A stretch of DNA of 64,000 nt from Candidatus Doudnabacteria bacterium (GTDB taxonomy: Bacteria; Patescibacteriota; Doudnabacteria; UBA920). This document shows, piece by piece, positions 26,797 to 35,750 of the stretch; the stretch's first letter is position 1; each line of letters opens with the position of its first letter. The stretch covers positions 840,717-904,716 of the forward strand of contig CAVYGQ010000001.1 of the NCBI GenBank assembly GCA_963768175.1. Reading direction: 5' to 3'. The position numbers and the translations under genes are program-made. A model generated the notes under the pieces. That model had not been told where the DNA came from. It was given only the letters and a program-made list of their open reading frames with translations, and made no database searches.

Positions 26797-26938
26797 GTAA
26801 TAAATTTGTACTGTTTCTTAACTCGTCGTCTAACTCCTCGCTCGAGACACTCGCCTCGCTTTAACGTTCGTGGTTGCTTGAGGCCGTTCTACGGCCGAAA
26901 CCACGAGCGAGCTTTGACGTTAGTCAAAACGAGTTGAG

Positions 26939-27013
26939 TGGTGGGCAATGTAGGGATTGAACCTACGACCCCTTCCGTGTAAAGGAAGTGCTCTACCACT
27001 GAGCTAATTGCCC
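26939..27013 (-). tRNA. tRNA-Val (UAC), CCA encoded
   Basis: Minus strand: GGGCAAT/ATTGCCC acceptor, anticodon arm CTTCC TTTACAC GGAAG, T arm GTAGG TTCAATC CCTAC. Confidence 0.9.
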
Positions 27014-27061
27014 CTTAAGTTTGAATATTGTATCAAGATTCGGCCGTTTTGGCAAGAGAAC

Positions 27062-27364
27062 TTAAATAAATTTTGGCCCCAACCTTAAGATATTTTCAAA
27101 ATTGTCTTCCGGAGCTATTTTGTTTTTCTTTTTTTGGCCGCACTTTTGGCATTGGTGGACTAAAATGTAATCGCCGGATTTTATTTCTACAGCTACGGGC
27201 TTCATCATCCCCCCACAGGCTTCGGCGCGATCCCCCGGATTAACATCTATATGTTTGCTCCACAGGCAATTCGGGCAGTGGTTGGTATAACCCGTGCCTT
27301 TTATCTTTGCGCCGCAATGCTCGCAGACAAAATCTTCAATTGTCCTGGTGAATTTTTTGGACAT
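27062..27364 (-). CDS. RNHCP domain-containing protein
   Basis: 100 aa. FVCEHCG...GYTNHCPNCLWSKHID is the RNHCP signature. Confidence 0.75.
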   Translation of the reverse strand: MSKKFTRTIEDFVCEHCGAKIKGTGYTNHCPNCLWSKHIDVNPGDRAEACGGMMKPVAVEIKSGDYILVHQCQKCGQKKKNKIAPEDNFENILRLGPKFI

Positions 27365-27496
27365 AATAGGCTAATTATAGCTTAAAATAAATCAAGGGGC
27401 ACGTCATCAATCCTTTCGGACGAATCAGTGTCCCCTTGGGTTGTTTTGGCCTTTTAGCGGTTCCTCCTCGTGCCGCTTTTAAGCCGGTGGTGTTGT

Positions 27497-28132
27497 TCAG
27501 GCCGTTGGGAACAAGTAGGCCAAGATCTCATCGTGGGTAGCTTGGCCAATCTTCCCTGCCGACAGGTATAGTCCTAGCAGTTCTGATATCCGCCAAGCTA
27601 CGTAGCCTTTATAGTTCGCATTGGCGAGCTCGGCCATGCCGCCCTGCTCCCGGTCCACGAGCATGAAGATACCCGCGACATGGAGACGTTCGGCTTCTAA
27701 CACCTTAATGGACGCCAGTTTGGAATCCGCTTTGGTGATCAGGTCATCGAAGAGAGCCACGCGCTGGCCAGGCTGGTAAGCGCCGTCAATGTTGGCGCCA
27801 GAGCCGTGTGTCTTCATCTCTCGTGGAGTGATCATTGGTATCGTGGTAAAACTGGAGATTAGCGTAACCAGCGGAGTGGCGGCGGTCGGTACGTCGGCAA
27901 CCAAGTCACAGGTCACGCCTTCCATCATTTCTGTTAGGAGCCATGCGGTGTCCACCAGCAGCGTTGGAAACGAGCGGAGCAGGCGGAAGTTCAGGTAGAA
28001 TGGTGAGAGCGGGGCGTCGGGGTTTTTTTCGTGTAACTTGAGACGAAACCCTTTGCCTTGAGGCGACCTGGACTTGTCCAGGAAGATGCCGGCGTCAAAC
28101 CACGCCAGCGCGAGAGTTTCTTTGTCGATCAT
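27497..28132 (-). CDS. Orotate phosphoribosyltransferase-like PRTase, GC-rich islet C (second copy)
   Basis: From ATG 28132: MIDKETLALAWFDAGIFL...KLHEKNPDAPLSPFYLNFR...VALFDDLITKADS (PRPP-binding motif). The track ORF start at 28222 overlaps the upstream gene and is rejected. Confidence 0.7.
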   Translation of the reverse strand: MIDKETLALAWFDAGIFLDKSRSPQGKGFRLKLHEKNPDAPLSPFYLNFRLLRSFPTLLVDTAWLLTEMMEGVTCDLVADVPTAATPLVTLISSFTTIPMITPREMKTHGSGANIDGAYQPGQRVALFDDLITKADSKLASIKVLEAERLHVAGIFMLVDREQGGMAELANANYKGYVAWRISELLGLYLSAGKIGQATHDEILAYLFPTA

Positions 28133-28136
28133 GGTG

Positions 28137-28937
28137 TTAGTCCTGGCAGGCCTCGATGATGTTGTCGATGATGAGCTCCACCGCCGCCAGAGGATCCTGG
28201 GCGGCAGTAATGTCGCGGCCAACTACAATGCCGTTAGCGCCGCCGCTGATGGAGTTTCCTGGCGTTGCCACTGCCTTCTGCTCTTGCTTTGCGGAGCCAG
28301 GCAGTCGGACGCCAGGGGTGTAAATCAGGAAGTCCGGCCCGCAGGCTTCGCGGATAGCGGCGACTTCCAAAGGTGAGGCGATGACACCGTCGCAGCCGCA
28401 TTCCTGGGCCAGCTTGGCGTATCGAACAACGAGCTTGAGCCGATATGGCTCCTCGACCCCTTCTGGTTTCAGGCCAAGATCCACCAGGTCTTCCTCGCCG
28501 AGGGTGGTCAAGAGAGTTACGGCCAGCAGGAGAGGCTTGCGTTGCAGGTCGAGCTTAGCGGCGGTGGTGTCGATGGCTTCGCGGGCGGCTTTCATAGCCG
28601 CCTTGCCGGCAAAGGCGTGCATGTTGAACATAAGCGGTCGGAGACGGGTCAGGGCTGTTGCCGCGCCCTTGACCGTATTGCCTATATCGGCGAGTTTGCA
28701 GTCCATGAAGTCGGTGCCGACAAGCTCGCCAAACAGGTCCCGCAGGTCCTCGAGCGCCGTAAGCGCATCATCGTAGTCGGCGGTCACCAGAGTGGTAAAC
28801 ACCGAAAGTATGAACTCAAAGCCGATCTTGAACCCGCGCACCTTGCCTTTCAGCATGGTGACGAGCCCTGTGGCTTTGATCACATTGTCTACATCCAAGG
28901 CCACGATAATCCGTGACCCCGCGTCTTTTCGAGTCAT
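28137..28937 (-). CDS. Orotidine-5'-phosphate decarboxylase-like protein, GC-rich islet C (second copy)
   Basis: 266 aa. RIIVALDV, FKIGFEF and DCKLADIGNTV are OMPdecase family motifs. Confidence 0.75.
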   Translation of the reverse strand: MTRKDAGSRIIVALDVDNVIKATGLVTMLKGKVRGFKIGFEFILSVFTTLVTADYDDALTALEDLRDLFGELVGTDFMDCKLADIGNTVKGAATALTRLRPLMFNMHAFAGKAAMKAAREAIDTTAAKLDLQRKPLLLAVTLLTTLGEEDLVDLGLKPEGVEEPYRLKLVVRYAKLAQECGCDGVIASPLEVAAIREACGPDFLIYTPGVRLPGSAKQEQKAVATPGNSISGGANGIVVGRDITAAQDPLAAVELIIDNIIEACQD

Positions 28938-29113
28938 TGTCTAGTCCTTTCACGTGAAATGAAAAGAAGACCCCACTATACAGCTAATTGGGCCTCCTTT
29001 TGCTTGTGGACGGAGTATACCAAAAGGAAAGCTTAAAATCAAGGCTTTTTTAATGGTGAATTTTCCAAAAATTTGATATGATAAAAGCAGCCCAAAATTA
29101 AAAATTATCAAAA

Positions 29114-30004
29114 ATGAGCTCCGCATCCAAGGTAACCTTAGTGTCCCCGAATTTTTCCGATATCTTTACCCCAAATATTGAAATTGGCCAGTTTCCGGAC
29201 GGTGACAGCCACGTGCGCATCCCATTGATTGCGGAGTGCAAAGATGCCGATGTAGTGGTTTTTCACAGGCTTTACCCCAACCAGAACAGCTTACTGGTGA
29301 GCCTGCTTTTTATTTTGGACTCATTAAAAGAAGTTGGAGCAAAACATATAAGCGTGGTAGCGCCGTATTTGCCGTATTCCCGCCAGGATAAAAAAAAGCT
29401 CAACGGCGAAGTGGCAAGCGCGTACGTGGTTTGCAACATGCTTGCCCGGGCCGGCTGCGGCAAGCTGGTGGCGTTTGACTGCCATTTTTTAAATAATGAA
29501 GGTCCGGCGGAGTTTAACGGTTTGAAAATTCAAAACATATCCATGGGCAAGGCTTTGGTGGAGTACGCCAAGACAGCCGCGTTTTTGGGCGAGGACTGCG
29601 AGGTGATTTCGCCGGATATGGGCGCAAACTATTTGGTTAAAGACCTTGGGGGCAAGTCTTATAAAAAATCCAGGAAAGAATATGACGGTGAAAAAATTAA
29701 TTATCGCGACGTGGAAACCATGGACGGCGACTTTGACGTTAAGGGGAAAAACGTCTTGCTTTTGGACGATATGATAAGCACTGGCGCCACCATGCTCCGG
29801 GCTTTGGAAAAATTAACGGCTAGTGGAGCAAAGAAAATCTGCTGCGCCGCCACCCATGGGTTGTTCTTATACAATTGCGTGGATAAAATCAAAAAGTTTA
29901 CGGATTGTGTTTATTCCACGGATACGATTATTAACGACAACGCCAAAGTTTCCATCAAAGAAAAGTTGGCGGACATTGGTAGCAACCAGCCGACGTTATT
30001 TTAA
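29114..30004 (+). CDS. prs: Ribose-phosphate pyrophosphokinase
   Basis: 296 aa. FPDGDSHVRI, APYLPYSRQDKK and VLLLDDMISTGATM motifs. Confidence 0.85.
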   Translation: MSSASKVTLVSPNFSDIFTPNIEIGQFPDGDSHVRIPLIAECKDADVVVFHRLYPNQNSLLVSLLFILDSLKEVGAKHISVVAPYLPYSRQDKKKLNGEVASAYVVCNMLARAGCGKLVAFDCHFLNNEGPAEFNGLKIQNISMGKALVEYAKTAAFLGEDCEVISPDMGANYLVKDLGGKSYKKSRKEYDGEKINYRDVETMDGDFDVKGKNVLLLDDMISTGATMLRALEKLTASGAKKICCAATHGLFLYNCVDKIKKFTDCVYSTDTIINDNAKVSIKEKLADIGSNQPTLF

Positions 30005-30020
30005 ACCTATCGGCCAAATT

Positions 30021-30647
30021 ATGGAAAATATTCTGGATATCTTAAAAAAATCCGGGGCGATACTAGACGGCCATTTTGTTTTGACGTCCGGCAAGCACGC
30101 CAACGCTTATTTGAATAAAGACGCGCTTTATCCGCACATTCAAGATACCTCGGATGTCTGCAGGATGTTTGCCGAAAAAGTAAAAAATTTGGATATTGAT
30201 ACGGTTGTCGGCCCGGCTTTGGGGGGAATTATCCTTTCCACTTGGACGGCGCATCACCTTTCTAAATTTAAGGGCAAAGAGGTATTTGGCGTTTATACGC
30301 AAAAAGCCGCTGACGGCAGCATGCAATTTGCCAGGGGCTACGATAAATTTGTTGCCGGTAAAAAGGTTTTGGTGGTTGAGGACTTAACTTCTACCGGCGG
30401 GAGCGCGAAAAAAGTCGTGGATGCCGTAAAGGCCATTGGCGGCATGGTGGTTGGGGTTTGCGTTATGGTTAACCGCAATCCCAAAGAGGTGACCGCGGAT
30501 TATTTTGGCGTGCCGTTTTTTCCGCTCGGTACTTTTGAAGTTGAGGCTCATGAGCAAGTCGATTGTCCCATGTGCAAAGCCGGTGTACCGATAAATACAG
30601 AAGTCGGGCATGGGAAAGAGTATTTGGAAGCTAAAGGGTTGTTATAA
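30021..30647 (+). CDS. pyrE: Orotate phosphoribosyltransferase (native low-GC copy)
   Basis: ATG at 30021: MENILDILKKSGAILDGHFVLTSGKHANAYLNK ... VLVVEDLTSTGGS. The track ORF 29823 start overlaps prs. Confidence 0.85.
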   Translation: MENILDILKKSGAILDGHFVLTSGKHANAYLNKDALYPHIQDTSDVCRMFAEKVKNLDIDTVVGPALGGIILSTWTAHHLSKFKGKEVFGVYTQKAADGSMQFARGYDKFVAGKKVLVVEDLTSTGGSAKKVVDAVKAIGGMVVGVCVMVNRNPKEVTADYFGVPFFPLGTFEVEAHEQVDCPMCKAGVPINTEVGHGKEYLEAKGLL

Positions 30648-30659
30648 TTTTGCAACTTT

Positions 30660-31358
30660 ATGCTGACGGAAACAAAAGTTATCTTATCGGCCGATGGTTA
30701 CGATAAAGAGGGATTGCTTGGACTTGTGGAAAAAATCGGCAAGAAAGTTTATTGTGTGAAAATCCATAATTTGTATGACCGGTATGGGCCGCAAATTGTA
30801 AATGATTTGCGCAGAGCAGGGGCGCGAAAAGTTTGGGTGGACGTAAAATTACACGATATCCCCAATACGGTTAAATTGAGGGCGCGAGCCTTAGCCGAAT
30901 CCGGCTGTGAGATTATTACGGTGCACGCTTCGGGCGGTATGGAGATGATGCGGGCGGCCAAAGAAGGTTTTAATAAAGGCAAGGTTTTTGCCGTAACAGC
31001 GCTGACCTCCCTGAACAACGAGGCTATTAAGATTATTTATGGCGCCCAAGATGCCAAAGAATTGGTCATGCGTTTGGCGCTTTTGGTTAAAATGTCGGGG
31101 GTGGACGGTTTGGTATGTTCTCCGCAAGAAGTCCCGGCATTGCGCGCAGTTCCCGATTATAATGATTTAGAGCTGGTTGTACCGGGCATCCGCTCGGCAG
31201 GGGTCGGTGTGGATGACCAAAAGCGTTTTGATACCCCTTCAAATGCCTTAAGAGCCGGAGCGAATTTTTTAGTAATCGGCAGGCAAATAACTAAAGCCCC
31301 CAATCCGGTGGAGGCCGTAGATGCGTTGGAGTCTGAAATTGCGCAAGCCGTAAAATAA
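30660..31358 (+). CDS. pyrF: Orotidine-5'-phosphate decarboxylase (native low-GC copy)
   Basis: 232 aa. VILSADG, CVKIHNLY, DVKLHDIPNTV and ITVHASGG motifs. Confidence 0.85.
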   Translation: MLTETKVILSADGYDKEGLLGLVEKIGKKVYCVKIHNLYDRYGPQIVNDLRRAGARKVWVDVKLHDIPNTVKLRARALAESGCEIITVHASGGMEMMRAAKEGFNKGKVFAVTALTSLNNEAIKIIYGAQDAKELVMRLALLVKMSGVDGLVCSPQEVPALRAVPDYNDLELVVPGIRSAGVGVDDQKRFDTPSNALRAGANFLVIGRQITKAPNPVEAVDALESEIAQAVK

Positions 31359-31364
31359 TGGTAA

Positions 31365-32435
31365 ATGTATAAATTATTTAGGCCGTTAATCTTTAAAGCT
31401 TCGTCCGATCCCGAAGACATACACAGGGTGGTGATGGGGCTTTTGCATATGGTTGGCAGCATTAGTCCACTTGGCTGGGCGGAGCGGCGGGTTTTTGATT
31501 TTGCCGACAAAAGGCTGGCACAAAACCTTTTTGGTTTGAATTTTAAAAATCCGGTCGGTCTGGCTGGAGGTTTTGATAAGCATGGGGAAGCCATTTTAGG
31601 CTTGGCCAATGTAGGTTTTGGGTTTTTGGAAATCGGCACGGTCACACGTTTTGGTCAGCCGGGCAACCCCAGGCCGCGCATTTTTAGATTACAAAAAGAT
31701 GAAGCCTTAATTAACCGTATGGGTTTTAACAACGAAGGCGCGGATTTTTTGGCAAGCAAATTGTCAAAAACAAAAAAATTAACAATTCCGCTGGGCATTA
31801 ATTTGGGTAAGTCTAAAGTTACCGAACTGGCCAATGCGGCGGAAGATTATTTGTATTCCTTTTCCAAACTTTACGATTATGGCGATTATTTTGTGGTTAA
31901 TATTAGCTCGCCCAATACCTCGGGGCTGCGGCAGTTGCACGAAAAAAGTTTTTTGGTTGATATTTTGTCGGGTTTGAACGGTTACAGATTAAGGCAGCCG
32001 GTAATAAAACCGGTCTTGGTAAAAACCGTTGTGGACTTGTCTTTGGAGGCAATTGACGAGGCATTGGAAGTTTGCAAAAACCAAAATGTTGACGGTATAA
32101 TTATTAGCAACACTTCAATTGGTAGGGATGGCTTCAAAATTAAAACCGATGAAACAGGAGGTTTAAGCGGCAAGCCGATAAGACAGAAATCTACTGATTA
32201 TATAAAATATATTCATCGGCAGGCTCCAGGCCTTCCAATTGTAGGTGTTGGTGGAATTTTTAGTGCGGAAGATGCTTACGAAAAAATTAAAGCGGGAGCA
32301 TCGCTTGCCCAAATTTATACCGGATTGATTTACGAAGGCCCGGGAGTGGTAAAAAAAATAAACCAGGGTTTGGTAAAATTGCTTGAGCGCGACGGGTTTA
32401 AAAATATTGGTGAAGCGGTTGGGAAAGGAAACTAA
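31365..32435 (+). CDS. pyrD: Dihydroorotate dehydrogenase (quinone), class 2
   Basis: 356 aa. GLNFKNPVGLAGGFDK, GFGFLEIGTVT..GQPGNPRPRIFRL and IVGVGGI motifs. Confidence 0.9.
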   Translation: MYKLFRPLIFKASSDPEDIHRVVMGLLHMVGSISPLGWAERRVFDFADKRLAQNLFGLNFKNPVGLAGGFDKHGEAILGLANVGFGFLEIGTVTRFGQPGNPRPRIFRLQKDEALINRMGFNNEGADFLASKLSKTKKLTIPLGINLGKSKVTELANAAEDYLYSFSKLYDYGDYFVVNISSPNTSGLRQLHEKSFLVDILSGLNGYRLRQPVIKPVLVKTVVDLSLEAIDEALEVCKNQNVDGIIISNTSIGRDGFKIKTDETGGLSGKPIRQKSTDYIKYIHRQAPGLPIVGVGGIFSAEDAYEKIKAGASLAQIYTGLIYEGPGVVKKINQGLVKLLERDGFKNIGEAVGKGN

Positions 32436-32440
32436 AGGAC

Positions 32441-32550
32441 GACGTCATTCCGAGCGCCTGCAATATCGCGCGAGGAATCTCTTATTGGCAGTTCGTTATT
32501 TAAGAGATCCTTCACCCTTCGGATGCACTCGGGGTTCAGGATGACGCCGC
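32441..32550. repeat. Palindromic MITE/RPE-like element, intergenic copy 1
   Basis: GACGTCATTCCGAG...GAGGAATCTC...AGAGATCCTTCACCCTTCGGATGCACTCGGGGTTCAGGATGACGCC. Terminal inverted repeats GTCAT..ATGAC. Same family as 43990-44075, 54178-54277 and 57344-57451. Confidence 0.8.
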
Positions 32551-32569
32551 TAATTTGGATGTTTGAGCC

Positions 32570-32598
32570 TTGAAAAATGTCAGTACTTGGGGTATAAT
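32570..32598 (+). promoter_or_regulatory. Near-consensus sigma70 promoter for tRNA-Leu(GAG)
   Basis: TTGAAA, 17 nt, TATAAT, ending 20 nt upstream of the tRNA 5' end. Confidence 0.6.
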
Positions 32599-32618
32599 CT
32601 ATAGGCAAATTTGATAAT

Positions 32619-32705
32619 GCCCAGGTGGTGGAACTGGTATACACGTAGGCTTGAGGTGCTTATGGGAGCAATCCCGTGCGGGTTCGAGTCCCGCCCTGGG
32701 CACCA
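32619..32705 (+). tRNA. tRNA-Leu (GAG), CCA encoded
   Basis: Acceptor GCCCAGG/CCTGGGC, anticodon arm TAGGC TTGAGGT GCTTA, long variable arm, T arm GCGGG TTCGAGT CCCGC. ORFs 32580-32879(-) and 32611-32850(+) overlap it and are spurious. Confidence 0.9.
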
Positions 32706-32846
32706 GACAGGAAAAGTCAAAGAGTTTCGGTTCGCCTCGCTTCGCTCGGCGACTAATTTGTATTCAATTTTGGGGGTAAAAACGAATTCGCGATTTCGCA
32801 TTTTGGGAGAAGAAAATTTTTTAATCATCTGGAAAAAGGAAAAAAC

Positions 32847-33239
32847 TTGAATATGAATTTTCCAAGCAGAATATTCCATAGGGTCGTTGCAATGCTGTAT
32901 GTGTTCGGCGTTGTTCTCCTTACATCCAGAGTACTTATCGGGTTTGAGCCGAGCTTGATACCGAGAATAGTTGATGTGATTATTTTAATTGGCGCTCTTT
33001 ATGGAGGAATTGGTTATCTAAAGTTCTGGAAAAATATTGATTTTCCAAGAACAATCACAAAGGTACTCTACGCCATTATCACTTTTCATCTTCTTGGATC
33101 TGTTATTATACATGCTTTTGTTATCGCCATTCCCAACAATAAAATCTTAGATATATTTCCTGTCTGGTATAGTTATATTATGGCTCCGATAATGGCTTTA
33201 TTTGCTTACTATAGCTGGAATGTGAGATTTAAAAAATGA
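32847..33239 (+). CDS. Membrane protein (130 aa), hypothetical
   Basis: Four hydrophobic helices. No family recognised. Confidence 0.55.
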   Translation: MNMNFPSRIFHRVVAMLYVFGVVLLTSRVLIGFEPSLIPRIVDVIILIGALYGGIGYLKFWKNIDFPRTITKVLYAIITFHLLGSVIIHAFVIAIPNNKILDIFPVWYSYIMAPIMALFAYYSWNVRFKK

Positions 33240-33476
33240 TCATAATTTGCCGCCAAAGAAAAACTTGAAATTGTTATCGGCGCGGCTCCGCCGCCTTTCC
33301 GGATTTTCGCGGGGGGGGATTTTCCGGGAAAATGCGTTCGGACTAATTCAAGAATACTGCACCAATTTAAAATTTCAAATATCAAATTACAAATTTCAAA
33401 CGAATGTCCAATGACAGAATTTTGGAATTTAATAATTAGGATTTTATTTGACATTTGAAATTGGAAATTTGGAATT

Positions 33477-34058
33477 ATGCTCAATATCCCCGTAATTTTA
33501 GGTTCGGTGCGCGAGGGCCGCAAGAGCGAGGCGCCAGCTAAATATATAGTGGAAAAAATCAAAACCGCCGGATACCAAACCCAGCTGGTTGATTTTAAAG
33601 AGCTGCCTTTGCCGTTTTATGACGCTAAGGCTGTGCCGGTGGTATATTTTAAATCGCAATATCCCAATGCCAATGCCCAAAAGTGGAGCCAGATTGCCCG
33701 GGCGGCGGACGCTTTTGTTATTGTTTCTCCGGAATACAATCACGGTTACTCGGCGGTTTTAAAAAATGCGCTGGATTGGGGCTATTTGGAGTTTGAGAAA
33801 AAACCGTTTGGTTTGGTCGGGGTTTCTAATGGAACGGTCGGAGGGGCGCGGATGATTGAAAGCCTGCGTCTGGTGGTTGCGAATTTTGGTGCGGTGACTA
33901 CGCAGGAAACCATTATGATCGGCCCGGTACAAAGCTACTTTGCCGATGACGGGGAAATGATAAATCCCGAACTGGACAAAAGAATCGACGGCCTGCTAAA
34001 AAGTTTAACCTGGTGGGCCGAGGCTTTGAAAGATCACAGATACGCAGATAAAAAATAA
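33477..34058 (+). CDS. NADPH-dependent FMN reductase family protein
   Basis: 193 aa. ILGSVREGRKS...FVIVSPEYNHGYSAVLKNALDW is the typical motif. Confidence 0.8.
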   Translation: MLNIPVILGSVREGRKSEAPAKYIVEKIKTAGYQTQLVDFKELPLPFYDAKAVPVVYFKSQYPNANAQKWSQIARAADAFVIVSPEYNHGYSAVLKNALDWGYLEFEKKPFGLVGVSNGTVGGARMIESLRLVVANFGAVTTQETIMIGPVQSYFADDGEMINPELDKRIDGLLKSLTWWAEALKDHRYADKK

Positions 34059-34134
34059 TAACACAGATTTAAAAACACCTGGCAATCCAGGTGTTTTATT
34101 AGTCTAATTTGCCCCCTATCTGTGTATTTGTGAT

Positions 34135-35085
34135 CTAAACCACTTTCCACTTCCCTTGCTCATCTTTCATCAGCTTTCCGGCTACGGAAAATCCGGCCGC
34201 TAGTTTATGCCCGCCGCCGCCAAAAATATGGGCGATTTTGGAAACATCTATATTTTTAAAAGTATCCGAGCGCAGGCTTCCCTTTATTACCCCGCCGTCC
34301 TGGCGCAAAAACATGGCGAACTTGGCTTCGGGCATGGTATTTAAGGTCTCGGTAAACCCTTCAAAGGCGGCCTGCGGCAAACTTGTGAATTCCGCCAAAT
34401 CTTTTTCCGTCATTACGGAATAAATGATCTTATTTTTTTTGTCGTAGTAGGAATTTTCCATAGCTTTGCCCCAGGCTTTTAAAATTTGAGGCGATTTGTT
34501 TTTGTAGGTTTCCCGGATAATTTTATGGCTCTGCGCGCCTTTGCGCAAAAGCAGTCCGGCGGTTTTTAGTGTGGAGCTTTGGGTGTTTGAGTGCATAAAA
34601 CCACCCGTGTCGGTAATAATTCCTGTGAGCAGACAAGTGGCAATGTCTTTGGTAATTGGCCAGTTATTAAAGTTAAAAAAGTCATAAACCAGTTCCGCCA
34701 CCGAAGATTTTTTTGCATCCACCACATTGACATGGCCAAAGCCCGTATTGTCGGGATGGTGGTCTATATTTAATATTGGGATATCCAATTCCATAATTTT
34801 TGGGCTGCCACAGCGGGTTTTTTCCGAGCAGCCAAAAGTAATCACAAGATCAAAGTTATTATTTTCAATATCATCGACAATTTTTTCCGCACCGGGCAAG
34901 AAGCTTAAATTCGGCGGCACTCCTTTTTTAACGGCGTAAGTTACCTGCTTGCCCATTTTTTCCAGTTGTTGCCCCATAGCCAAAAGCGCGCCCCCGTCAT
35001 CGCCGTCCATGCGCTCGTGCATGGTTAGGATAATACGCTTTGATTGATCAATTAAGTTTTTTGCTTTTGTAAATTCTTGCTCCAT
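34135..35085 (-). CDS. nrnA: DHH/DHHA1 phosphoesterase (NrnA-like oligoribonuclease / pAp phosphatase)
   Basis: 316 aa. HERMDGDDGGA, NIDHHPDN and C-terminal GGGHKLAAGF (DHHA1). Confidence 0.8.
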   Translation of the reverse strand: MEQEFTKAKNLIDQSKRIILTMHERMDGDDGGALLAMGQQLEKMGKQVTYAVKKGVPPNLSFLPGAEKIVDDIENNNFDLVITFGCSEKTRCGSPKIMELDIPILNIDHHPDNTGFGHVNVVDAKKSSVAELVYDFFNFNNWPITKDIATCLLTGIITDTGGFMHSNTQSSTLKTAGLLLRKGAQSHKIIRETYKNKSPQILKAWGKAMENSYYDKKNKIIYSVMTEKDLAEFTSLPQAAFEGFTETLNTMPEAKFAMFLRQDGGVIKGSLRSDTFKNIDVSKIAHIFGGGGHKLAAGFSVAGKLMKDEQGKWKVV

Positions 35086-35205
35086 AATACCGTTAATGCA
35101 AAATTTTCAATTTTTAATTTTCAGTTTTCAAACAATTTTTAATTATCCAATTTTAAAATTAAGTTATTGAAAATTGTTTAGAAATTAGAAATTGAGAATT
35201 ATAAA

Positions 35206-35691
35206 TTATTTTTCCTCGTGTATTTTACGTATAACTTCGTCTATATGCTGCACATATCTCGGGCTAGTGTCTAGATGGAAGCTTATTCGGGGAATGACTT
35301 TGGTGGCAAAGTGCTTGTTAACTTCGCCCTGGAGGTCGTAAATGTTTTTTCCCAAAAATGTTAAGATTTTATAGTCCAAAGATAGAGCAGTCTGAGATTT
35401 TTTATCAGCCTGCGACAAACTTTTTTTCCCTCTCCCTTCTTGCCCGCCGTAGCCTTGGCGAAGGCGGGTGGGAGAGGGTGCCCCAAGCCCGTCTTGGGGC
35501 GGGTGAGGGTCTGGGTTAAAAATAGAAATCCAAATTTTGGCGTACTTCATATCTTTGCTGGTTTCCACTTTGGTTATGGTCACCAGGCCTTTTTGCCAAT
35601 CCAAAAATTTATGCAAAACCGGCCCCAATTCGTGCTGGATTAAGGAGTTTACCTTAGCTATGCGGTTGGTGTCTTTTTTTACCGGCTTCAT
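35206..35691 (-). CDS. rbfA: Ribosome-binding factor A with a roughly 45-aa in-frame palindromic insert
   Basis: RIAKVNSLIQHELGPVL...ITKVETSKDMKYAKIWIS ... FHLD...HIDEVI are RbfA motifs. The inserted PDPHPPQDGLGAPSPTRLRQGYGGQEGRGKK is encoded by hairpins at 35428-35499. Confidence 0.8.
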   Translation of the reverse strand: MKPVKKDTNRIAKVNSLIQHELGPVLHKFLDWQKGLVTITKVETSKDMKYAKIWISIFNPDPHPPQDGLGAPSPTRLRQGYGGQEGRGKKSLSQADKKSQTALSLDYKILTFLGKNIYDLQGEVNKHFATKVIPRISFHLDTSPRYVQHIDEVIRKIHEEK

Positions 35692-35750
35692 AAATTTAAG
35701 TTAGCTGAGTATTGTATATCTTTTATTGCCTTTTAGCAAGAGTGTAAAGT

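Noticed and set aside
32580-32879. ORFs 32580-32879(-), 32611-32850(+) and 48734-48916(+)
   Set aside because: They overlap tRNA genes and repeat sequence. They are typical translated-tRNA artefacts.
33240-33476. AT-rich CAAATTTCAAA-type repeat blocks (also 35100-35205 and 42840-42985) as a regulatory array
   Set aside because: They look like low-complexity AT-rich spacer repeats common in such genomes. I could not define a consistent unit or association beyond being intergenic.
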